From IMG/VR virus record IMGVR_UViG_3300005002_000001: a DNA stretch of 34,476 nt; one strand, written 5' to 3'. Numbering within the stretch: the stretch's first letter is position 1; every line of letters starts with the position of its first letter. Positions 27,373-34,476 of this stretch are shown one piece after another. A program made the translations under genes and the position numbers. Source of the stretch: a virus. The notes under the pieces were generated by a model. The model was not told the origin of the DNA. It worked only from the letters and a program-made list of their open reading frames with translations, and did no database searches.

Positions 27373-27881
27373 AGAAGTCTGAGATGAAACTCATCGTGCT
27401 GCAGACGCACGGCGAGAAAGTCGAATACAAAATGGAGCAGCATCGCCTTGAAATCATGGCGACGGAAGCCGCTTTGAAGGCTCTGACGCTAGCTCGGGAA
27501 GAACATCAGAAGATCTCGATCAATATCGAGTCCGAAGTAAAAGCGGGATTGTTATCACCCGCGCATGCTGTCATTGCTAAGAAATATACGAAGAAATGTT
27601 CTGACTTTGTCGACAACTTTATCAAGGGTACCGAGATCAAGCTTTTTATGGCTAAGGGAAAGCTTGAAGCTTTGCAGGAAGTTGTCGGGGTTCTGAGAGC
27701 CGACAGAGACGAAGAACGTAAAAAACTAGATGGATTCCGACAGTCTCAAGAACGAGCCATCGAACAGATTGAGTCAGAGGCCGAGTCTAAGGCAGAATCC
27801 GACCCTCCAGTGACACCCAAAAAATCCCGAAAAATAAGGGAAGATGTGGCCAGGTCTTTGGACATACCTAATAAAAAGTAA
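27363..27881 (+). CDS. coiled-coil protein (172 aa)
   Basis: ORF with heptad-like Glu/Lys/Ala-rich sequence. TAATG overlap with the next gene. Possible fibre assembly or chaperone role, not supported further. Confidence 0.4.
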   Translation: MNPEKSEMKLIVLQTHGEKVEYKMEQHRLEIMATEAALKALTLAREEHQKISINIESEVKAGLLSPAHAVIAKKYTKKCSDFVDNFIKGTEIKLFMAKGKLEALQEVVGVLRADRDEERKKLDGFRQSQERAIEQIESEAESKAESDPPVTPKKSRKIREDVARSLDIPNKK

Positions 27882-28525
27882 TGCCGCAGACACCCGATCG
27901 TCATCCAGGTAGGTTCTTCGAAGATGAATCTATCAATTTAGGAACCGCATCTCTCGATGATCCCATCGAAGATGGCACGTTTCGTTACGTCTCAGGTTCG
28001 GGCTATCGATTTCGGGAGCAAGGTTTTATTCGAACCTTGCAACCCTATAGCAATCCGACAGGAAGTTTCCCTCCGACGCCTTTCGACGATATCACAAAGA
28101 ATTACGATAGGGGTTCAACCTGGATCGTTAGCGGAACTCAAAAGATATATGTGCTCATTGATCCAACATCGGGATCAGCGATTTGGAAGGACATAACATC
28201 AGCATCTTCAGGATTGAGTGCCGACGATCACAAATCCTTGAGGCATCTAATTCATTTTTTGAATGAAGGACCCGGCGACGGATTCTATCCAAATCCATTT
28301 AGAGAGATTTCTGGTGGCGTATTTCCAACTCGAGTCACTTGGTGGACAGATGCGAACAAAACATTGCGTCTGTTTCAAACTGAGATAACGAGATCGGGTA
28401 TTTATCCGATAACCGAATCGCATAAAATGTTCGCATCCGATGGCATCACTATTTTGGCGTCAGCAAAGGACGTGATTACTTACAACGGCGTATTTGAAAT
28501 GGCGAGATCGAGGTCGTTTGCATGA
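27881..28525 (+). CDS. tail-fibre module protein, paralogue A (214 aa)
   Basis: C-terminal ~90 aa (RVTWWTDANKTLRLFQ...DGITILASAKDVITYNGVFEMARSRS) is homologous to the C-terminus of the next ORF. Confidence 0.45.
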   Translation: MPQTPDRHPGRFFEDESINLGTASLDDPIEDGTFRYVSGSGYRFREQGFIRTLQPYSNPTGSFPPTPFDDITKNYDRGSTWIVSGTQKIYVLIDPTSGSAIWKDITSASSGLSADDHKSLRHLIHFLNEGPGDGFYPNPFREISGGVFPTRVTWWTDANKTLRLFQTEITRSGIYPITESHKMFASDGITILASAKDVITYNGVFEMARSRSFA

Positions 28526-29019
28526 GACATTCTCCGGCAGCAGTCTTAGTCGATGTAACAGGTAGTCAAGTTGGTACTCCCGTCAATCCCTTTTACATTT
28601 CAGGATCCCTTTCATTTCCCGGTATCAATATTGTTAACAACGTCTACACATTTGATACCGGAGCTCCTGTTGTTGTCACGACGCCTTCATCATCGTTGTC
28701 CGCTTCTCAAGTGCACGAGATTTTAAGAGAGCTAGTGCATCTAGATGATTCGAATGGACCCCGTGGCCAATATTGGTCGACCGGTCTAGTGTCAGACACT
28801 CATAACTCTCCATTTCCTACAGCTAGCATTTGGTGGACTGATTCATCTCGTACTCAAAAAGTTGTAGAATGTTTAGTGACGAGAAACTCCAGAAGATTGC
28901 CCGTCACTATCCAATGGAAAGCATATCTTTCGGATGGAATCACGGTGGCTGAATCTTATACAGATACGATTACATACTCAGGAGTCTTTGAGACGTCTAG
29001 AACTAGGAATCAACCATGA
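28522..29019 (+). CDS. tail-fibre module protein, paralogue B (165 aa)
   Basis: ASIWWTDSSRTQKVVECL...DGITVAESYTDTITYSGVFETSRTR is paralogous to ORF 27881. N-terminus MRHSPAAVLVDVTGSQVG resembles the N-terminus of ORF 29016. ATGA overlap. Confidence 0.45.
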   Translation: MRHSPAAVLVDVTGSQVGTPVNPFYISGSLSFPGINIVNNVYTFDTGAPVVVTTPSSSLSASQVHEILRELVHLDDSNGPRGQYWSTGLVSDTHNSPFPTASIWWTDSSRTQKVVECLVTRNSRRLPVTIQWKAYLSDGITVAESYTDTITYSGVFETSRTRNQP

Positions 29020-29897
29020 ATAGTCCGGCTTCGATTCTATTTGATATCAACGGAAATCCGGTTGGCGTTTCTGGGAGCATGCCTCTGCCGACCGGCTCGA
29101 TTGGTCAATTGCTTGCGGGAGTTGATCAAAGCGGCAACGTTCGTTATCTAAATTTCATTTCTAGCAGCATCATGGTCACGGGCTCTCTGGGTCTGGTTGG
29201 ATCGTCTATCGTCACGGGCTCGATCGCTGTTTCTAATTTTCCGTCTGTGCAAGTTGTCACTGGTAGCGTTTTGACGATTCCCACAGGTACGCAGACGGTC
29301 GCTGGAACAGTAACGTCTGTCATTACAGGAACTCTTCAGACGTCGGTAACCAACTTTCCAGCAGTGCAGACTGTCACGGGTTCCGTTTCTATTACCGGGC
29401 AGCCTGTTACCGTCAATGGAACGGTTAATTCTGTCATTTCTGGTACCTTAACGGTGACCACGACAGGATCTTTGCCTGTTTCGATTCTGAATATTCCGAC
29501 GGTCACAGGATCGGTCGGCATTACAAATTTTCCAATAGTTCAAACTATAACAGGAACTGTCGCTCTAACGGCTCAGCCGATTATAATCACGACGACAGGA
29601 TCGCTGCCGACGCTACATCGTAGGTCATCTTTGGCTTCGACGTCGTCTGTCAATGCTTCGAATTCGACTTCTCAAATTTTGCTGAGTTCGAGTTTGAACA
29701 GACTTCAAGGTTTAGTCTTTAACGATTCAACCGGTCAGCTGTACGTAACTTTGGGATCCTCTTCTTCAACAACTTCATTTACTGTGCGTCTAGACTCTCG
29801 TGGATACTACGAAATTCCTATTTACTATATCGGAGTCGTATCTGGAATTTGGTCGAACAATAACGGAGCAGCTCGAATGACGGAGATTAATCTCTAA
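29016..29897 (+). CDS. tail-fibre protein with NFPxxQTxTGSV repeats (293 aa)
   Basis: Repeated units SNFPSVQVVTGSV, TNFPAVQTVTGSV and TNFPIVQTITGTV, plus (L)PTGTQTVAGTVTSVITGT modules shared with the downstream 931-aa gene. Thr/Ser/Gly/Val-rich. Confidence 0.55.
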   Translation: MNSPASILFDINGNPVGVSGSMPLPTGSIGQLLAGVDQSGNVRYLNFISSSIMVTGSLGLVGSSIVTGSIAVSNFPSVQVVTGSVLTIPTGTQTVAGTVTSVITGTLQTSVTNFPAVQTVTGSVSITGQPVTVNGTVNSVISGTLTVTTTGSLPVSILNIPTVTGSVGITNFPIVQTITGTVALTAQPIIITTTGSLPTLHRRSSLASTSSVNASNSTSQILLSSSLNRLQGLVFNDSTGQLYVTLGSSSSTTSFTVRLDSRGYYEIPIYYIGVVSGIWSNNNGAARMTEINL

Positions 29898-32692
29898 TGC
29901 CTCTATATCCTTCTTTTCCTGATATTCAAACCGTTGTCGTAACCGGGTCTGTCGTCACGACAGCTGTGCAATCCGGATCGTATACAGTCGTAATCAGCGG
30001 TACGCAAGTCGTGACGGGCACGGTCGCTTTGACTGCCCCCGTCATCGTGTCTAATTTTCCAGTGACACAAACAATCACTGGTTCTGTTTCTCTAAGCCAA
30101 CCCGCTGCTGTTTCGGTATCCAACTTTCCAGGAACCCAGATCGTCGCCGGCACGGTCACGTCCGTCATCACCGGCACGGTGCAGACCGCAGTCACGAATC
30201 AGGTGACTGTCACGACTACTGGCTCGTTGCCTGTTACTTTTTCGGGAGTAACGACAATCACTGGAACGGTTCTGGCGCTGCCCACAGGAGTTCAGACGAT
30301 CGCTGGCACCGTTAACGCAGCCATTACGGGAACCGTCAATGTCTCGACGGTCGGCACGACGACCGTCGCGGGAACCGTGACTTCTGTCATCACTGGCACG
30401 GTCAACACCAACGTTACGAATTTCCCGGCTACCCAGACAATTACTGGATCGGTAGGAATTACGAATTTCCCGGCTACCCAGATAATTCAAGGCGCCGTTT
30501 CAATTGGAAATGTTGTCGCTGTTACGTCGACGGGCTCGTTGCCTGTCACTGTAATGAGCAATTTCCAGACGTCGGTAACTAGTTCTTTGAGCGCGCTTAA
30601 TCAGACGGTCACCATTGTTTCAAATAATTCTCTTGTCGTTGGTGGGTCGATCAGAGGAACTTGGGTCGGTACGATTACAGCTGAAGGTACTGTCAACGGA
30701 CAGGATTGGTTTACTGTTCGAACAGCTAATAAATCGACTAATGACATTGTGCAGACTTATACTGCTAATGACGATTTCGAGTTTTACTCAGTTGGAGGCT
30801 GCACTCAACTCAGAGTTAGGATGTCAGCCTTTACCTCGGGCTTGGCAACGATTACGCTTGTCGGAACCAATTCAACATCAGCCGAACTACTCAATTATTC
30901 GGGCCCGGACGCCGACGCTGCTCCGCCCCTAAGACATCTTAGTTTTGCCACTTTGGCAGAAGATGGTACTCTTCGAGCTCTTCGTCAGTTGAGTACTGCC
31001 CCGACGGGCTCGACATTTGCATTGCCGACTAGAGCAGCTAGCTATAGCGACGGTCGAGATGGATATCAACCTGAAGGTGCTTCAACGACATCTACGGGTC
31101 CGGCCCAAACGCACATTGACCCGGACGGTCGTGCTCAAACTTATTCTTCTGTTTTGACAAACGAAGGATCATTTCGAGATGATTTTGTAGGAGGAACTCT
31201 TAATACCCGTTGGACTTCTTCAACCGCGACAGGAGGAACTGTCGGCACTCCAACAAACTCTACAGTCACTATTGCTACGACAACGACCAACGGTTCAGCC
31301 GCCAGCATTTATGATGCTGTGACTGCAGACGTCGGACCAATGACATTTACTGCATATGCTAGCGTCAGCGGTCGATTTGCAAATCGAACGATAATTCTCG
31401 GAATGGCTGAATCTAACAGCGTTAGTTCCCCCGGCGCGGGAGCTTATTTTTCGTTGACAGGAACGACGGCGACTCAAATCACATGCGTTAGCGCCGCTTC
31501 CGCGGCGGCAGCCGATCAACAAACGACGACTGTGACTCTGCCCAACGGACTCGATACTTCGACATCATTGCGTTATAAGGTCGACGTTAGCGCGACCCAG
31601 GTAACGTTTTCTATCGGAACGGGCTCGGGAGACGACGTTATCGTTGCTCGTCATCAACTTCACATTCCGCTAGATGTCAGCTTGCTTGGATCCATTGTCG
31701 GAGCTCGCAATACGGGAGCCACCACCGCTGCATCCATTGTTTTGGATGGCGTGTATTTTGCGAACTGGAATCGTTTGCAAATCGATACTGACTATATCGG
31801 AGAACCACTCCAGGTTACGCTTCCAAACACCCCTAGCGTGTCGACAGGTAACCTAGGATCGCTTAATGCTGCGGTTACTATTCCGGTAGGTACCGGAAAC
31901 TCGATCGGAATGTCTTTGTCGGCAGGAACGTTGATCGGTACAATCGCAGTTGAAGTTTCTTTCAATGCTGGATCGGCTTGGGAAGCGTCCACATTCAATG
32001 GTCAGACTGCTGGTCGCGACACGACTATTGTTTTTACTAGCGCCAATACGGCACAAAATAGAACGATCCCTCTTCCGGGAGGAGCAACTCACGTTCGAGT
32101 TAGAGTATCAGCTTTCACATCGGGCACCGCATCTTGTGAGCTCCGATCTCTGAACAATAGTGAGCTCGGAGTTTCAATCCTTCAAGGTACTCGGGCATCG
32201 TACGTTGTCGGTGTCAGTGGACAGGCAAATACTGCAGCATCACACGCGATTGTAATTGAAGCTAGCTCAACCAAACGAATCTTGGTTCGTAAATTGATCA
32301 TCATGCATCCAGGTACTCAAACGACTGCAGGATTGAGAACCATGGTGCTCGAGCGTACCTCAGGCGCGGGCACGGGTGGTACGATCACGTTCGAACCTAA
32401 CGGTTCTGCCTCTTCATTTATTTCGCGAATGGATACTAAGGACCCGACATTTGGTGGAATCTGCCGCGCTAAGCCTACCGCGTTGGGAACGCAGAGTACG
32501 ACCTTATGGCTGGCGACAGTTTTTGTCCCAACGGCGCTGGCGGCGTTCGTCCCGGTTCAATACGACTTCGAGGCAATCTTTGGGAAGCCGTTTGTGATCC
32601 AACCCGGAACCACGAATGGAATTGCTTTGAGAGACCTTGGCGCCGCGGGCGCTGCTAACTTCGCCGCGCAGATTGTGTTCACAGAGGAATGA
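29897..32692 (+). CDS. large tail-fibre / receptor-binding protein (931 aa)
   Basis: N-terminal third is built from the same NFPxTQTITGSV and AGTVTSVITGTV repeat units. Two internal paralogous ~150-aa domains (TQLRVRMSAFTSGLATITLVGTNSTS vs THVRVRVSAFTSGTASCELRSLNNS). TAATG coupling to the upstream gene. Confidence 0.6.
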   Translation: MPLYPSFPDIQTVVVTGSVVTTAVQSGSYTVVISGTQVVTGTVALTAPVIVSNFPVTQTITGSVSLSQPAAVSVSNFPGTQIVAGTVTSVITGTVQTAVTNQVTVTTTGSLPVTFSGVTTITGTVLALPTGVQTIAGTVNAAITGTVNVSTVGTTTVAGTVTSVITGTVNTNVTNFPATQTITGSVGITNFPATQIIQGAVSIGNVVAVTSTGSLPVTVMSNFQTSVTSSLSALNQTVTIVSNNSLVVGGSIRGTWVGTITAEGTVNGQDWFTVRTANKSTNDIVQTYTANDDFEFYSVGGCTQLRVRMSAFTSGLATITLVGTNSTSAELLNYSGPDADAAPPLRHLSFATLAEDGTLRALRQLSTAPTGSTFALPTRAASYSDGRDGYQPEGASTTSTGPAQTHIDPDGRAQTYSSVLTNEGSFRDDFVGGTLNTRWTSSTATGGTVGTPTNSTVTIATTTTNGSAASIYDAVTADVGPMTFTAYASVSGRFANRTIILGMAESNSVSSPGAGAYFSLTGTTATQITCVSAASAAAADQQTTTVTLPNGLDTSTSLRYKVDVSATQVTFSIGTGSGDDVIVARHQLHIPLDVSLLGSIVGARNTGATTAASIVLDGVYFANWNRLQIDTDYIGEPLQVTLPNTPSVSTGNLGSLNAAVTIPVGTGNSIGMSLSAGTLIGTIAVEVSFNAGSAWEASTFNGQTAGRDTTIVFTSANTAQNRTIPLPGGATHVRVRVSAFTSGTASCELRSLNNSELGVSILQGTRASYVVGVSGQANTAASHAIVIEASSTKRILVRKLIIMHPGTQTTAGLRTMVLERTSGAGTGGTITFEPNGSASSFISRMDTKDPTFGGICRAKPTALGTQSTTLWLATVFVPTALAAFVPVQYDFEAIFGKPFVIQPGTTNGIALRDLGAAGAANFAAQIVFTEE

Positions 32693-33663
32693 TGAGTAAT
32701 ACGCTTTATCTAACGTATCATACGTTTAAGTTCACTGCAGAAAATTTGCCTGTGTATTGGACTTTGGACGGCGATGTTTATCATATTGTCTGTGTTAGAG
32801 ACGGTCGTCTATTCATTTCTAGAGCTAGTGATGATGATGTAGTCGATTTTGAACTTTGGAAAGATGACGAGAAAGAGTGTTCATCGTTAGATGATGCCTG
32901 TGCCATGGCTTTGGTTTCTCCTCTTTCTCCTTCTCCCAAGATGAAGCTTGATTGCCCATCGGAACAAGATAAGAAGCCAATTGTCACTATTTCTCCCGCG
33001 ACCGAAGGATTTGTAACCTGGATAACTGGCGCAGGCGACGATGCCGAAGCCCAATTTCCAGAATCAGGACGCGGAACAGGTACCCCCTTTGTTCTATCTT
33101 TTTCGGAAGATGAGGTACCTTGTACTAAAACGCTTGAATTCGATTTTATTGAACCGGTAGAAGTACATGACGGGCAAGTCTCTTGGAGACAACCCCAAAA
33201 CTGGGGATCACAAGATAGTTTTTCTTTGGGACTGAGAATTCCTTCGTCGTCTGTTAATCTGAATACGTCTTCTCTTGGTAATTGCAACAAAATTCCTATC
33301 GGACCAGAAATGAACATGATCGTTCCTGCCGCAGGAGACGGTCAATATGATCTGATCGAAGCCTGTCCTGTGCAAGATAGACAAAATCAGGGAGGCTTTT
33401 GGGATAATGAGTATGCCACAGGTGTGGTGACTCCAAATTCTGTTCCAGGAAAAGGACTGTGGAATCTTTTTGATTTTGAGATAACAGGTTGGCTAATCAA
33501 AAACATTCCGATGACTCATCCTATGGGTGTTTTTGACATCGACGTCTATAAAACTGAATACTTTCACCCGTCATGGTATCTGACATGGAGAGTCAATAAG
33601 CAAACGCCTGGCGCCGGGGATGTCTCTGGGTGGATTTTCTGCTTTAGACGGTTTGTAACTTAG
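32689..33663 (+). CDS. hypothetical tail-fibre-associated protein (324 aa)
   Basis: ATGA-coupled to the fibre gene. Trp/Asp-rich beta composition. Candidate distal adhesin or assembly factor by position only. Confidence 0.4.
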   Translation: MMSNTLYLTYHTFKFTAENLPVYWTLDGDVYHIVCVRDGRLFISRASDDDVVDFELWKDDEKECSSLDDACAMALVSPLSPSPKMKLDCPSEQDKKPIVTISPATEGFVTWITGAGDDAEAQFPESGRGTGTPFVLSFSEDEVPCTKTLEFDFIEPVEVHDGQVSWRQPQNWGSQDSFSLGLRIPSSSVNLNTSSLGNCNKIPIGPEMNMIVPAAGDGQYDLIEACPVQDRQNQGGFWDNEYATGVVTPNSVPGKGLWNLFDFEITGWLIKNIPMTHPMGVFDIDVYKTEYFHPSWYLTWRVNKQTPGAGDVSGWIFCFRRFVT

Positions 33664-33669
33664 GATTTT

Positions 33670-34476
33670 ATGAGAGCGTTAGTTTTATCGGGCGGGGGCT
33701 CTAAGGGATCTTTTCAGATCGGTGTTTTGAAGAAGTTAGTCGAATCTGATCCGAAAGGATACGATCTGATCTGCGGAGTATCAGTAGGAGCGATCAATGC
33801 TTCTGGTCTGGCGATGTATCATAAGTCGGACTATCCAAGTGCCGTCGCTTACATGGAGAAGCAGTGGAGAGAAAAAGTTCGAACTGATGTCATCTATAAG
33901 AGTTGGTGTCCTTTCGGTAAAGTATCCGCCCTTTGGAAGAAGTCTGTTTACGACTCATCGCCGCTTAAGAAATTTATGTATGAAAACATGGACCTGACTC
34001 GAATCAGAGCTTCAGGAGTCAAAGTGGCTGTTGGAGCTGTGTCACTCGAAACGCAAGAGTTCAGATTAGGCACTCAAGATGATGACAACTTGATCGATTG
34101 GGTGCTAGCGTCGTCCAGCTTTCCGATCTTCATGACTCCTGTCGATATCGAAGGACAGTCCTGGTCCGATGGCGGAATTAGATCGACGACTCCCCTCGGC
34201 CACGCCATCAAATCAGGCGCTGACGAAATTGATGTCGTCTTGTGCTACGATCCGGATGTGGAAACGACGAGCTGGAATTCCGAATCGGAAGTCGCCATCC
34301 CGGATCAGTTGATCAGAGTTTTGGGAATCATGTCCGATCAGATTGCATTGGCTGATCTCAAGTTGGCGGGTCTGAAAAATGAATTGGTGCAGATCAACGA
34401 CAAGTATCGAAAGATCAAAATGAAGGTCTATTGCCCGGACAAATACGTTCCTGTGTCAGATTCTTTGACATTTGAT
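33670..34476 (+). CDS. patatin-like phospholipase (3' end truncated by the window)
   Basis: LVLSGGGSKGSFQIG (GGGxKG oxyanion/Gly-rich motif, as in ExoU GGGAKG). GVSVGAINA (GxSxG nucleophile elbow). SWSDGGIRST (DGG catalytic Asp). ORF stays open to the last base of the window. Confidence 0.75.
   Translation, partial: MRALVLSGGGSKGSFQIGVLKKLVESDPKGYDLICGVSVGAINASGLAMYHKSDYPSAVAYMEKQWREKVRTDVIYKSWCPFGKVSALWKKSVYDSSPLKKFMYENMDLTRIRASGVKVAVGAVSLETQEFRLGTQDDDNLIDWVLASSSFPIFMTPVDIEGQSWSDGGIRSTTPLGHAIKSGADEIDVVLCYDPDVETTSWNSESEVAIPDQLIRVLGIMSDQIALADLKLAGLKNELVQINDKYRKIKMKVYCPDKYVPVSDSLTFD

Noticed and set aside
471-32000. All other minus-strand ORFs in the six-frame track (for example 471-1070, 5216-5737, 15753-16340, 22742-23656, 32781-33317)
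   Set aside because: Each lies entirely within a longer + strand ORF that has an SD and start/stop coupling to its neighbours. None has ribosome-binding sites or recognisable motifs. The genome is consistently unidirectional.
24867-33613. Identical 14-mer gcaaacgcctggcg in the capsid-gene terminator and inside ORF 32689-33663
   Set aside because: About two shared 14-mers are expected by chance in a 34-kb window, and the second copy is in coding sequence with no flanking similarity.
1-34476. CRISPR arrays, rRNA genes, integrase or attachment sites, transposase genes
   Set aside because: No regularly spaced direct repeats, no rRNA-like conserved stretches, and no tyrosine or serine recombinase or DDE transposase motifs were seen in any frame.

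Overview
This window is a tightly packed, single-orientation segment of a tailed dsDNA bacteriophage. Every credible gene is on the + strand, Shine-Dalgarno motifs precede most starts, and many genes have overlapping stop/start codons. The minus-strand ORFs in the track look spurious. I found no tRNA, rRNA or CRISPR array.

Gene content, in order:
- a block of large virion-structural genes (33-6775), interrupted by a free-standing GIY-YIG/NUMOD3 homing endonuclease that has its own extended -10 promoter;
- a nucleic-acid-processing cluster (6787-12512): an FkbM-family methyltransferase, an overlapping PD-(D/E)xK nuclease, a RuvC-like resolvase, a Zn-finger/Toprim primase, and a single-chain SbcD(Mre11)-SbcC(Rad50) fusion;
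- a distantly T4-like head morphogenesis module (12853-24835): putative small terminase, gp17-like large terminase, portal with a poly-Gly/acidic C-terminal extension, gp21-like prohead protease, a large acidic scaffold and a gp23-like major capsid protein. A peptide deformylase gene sits inside this module. Three small proteins in it share an N-terminal leader resembling a T4 capsid-targeting sequence;
- a strong intrinsic terminator and a 255-bp non-coding gap after the capsid gene;
- a translationally coupled tail-fibre module (27881-33663) with tandem paralogues and repeat-rich fibre proteins;
- a patatin-like phospholipase gene that is cut off by the window end.

Most interesting candidates: the capsid-targeted internal proteins (possible injected anti-defence effectors), the phage-borne patatin-like lipase beside the fibres, the fused SbcDC with a non-canonical hook, and the portal extension.
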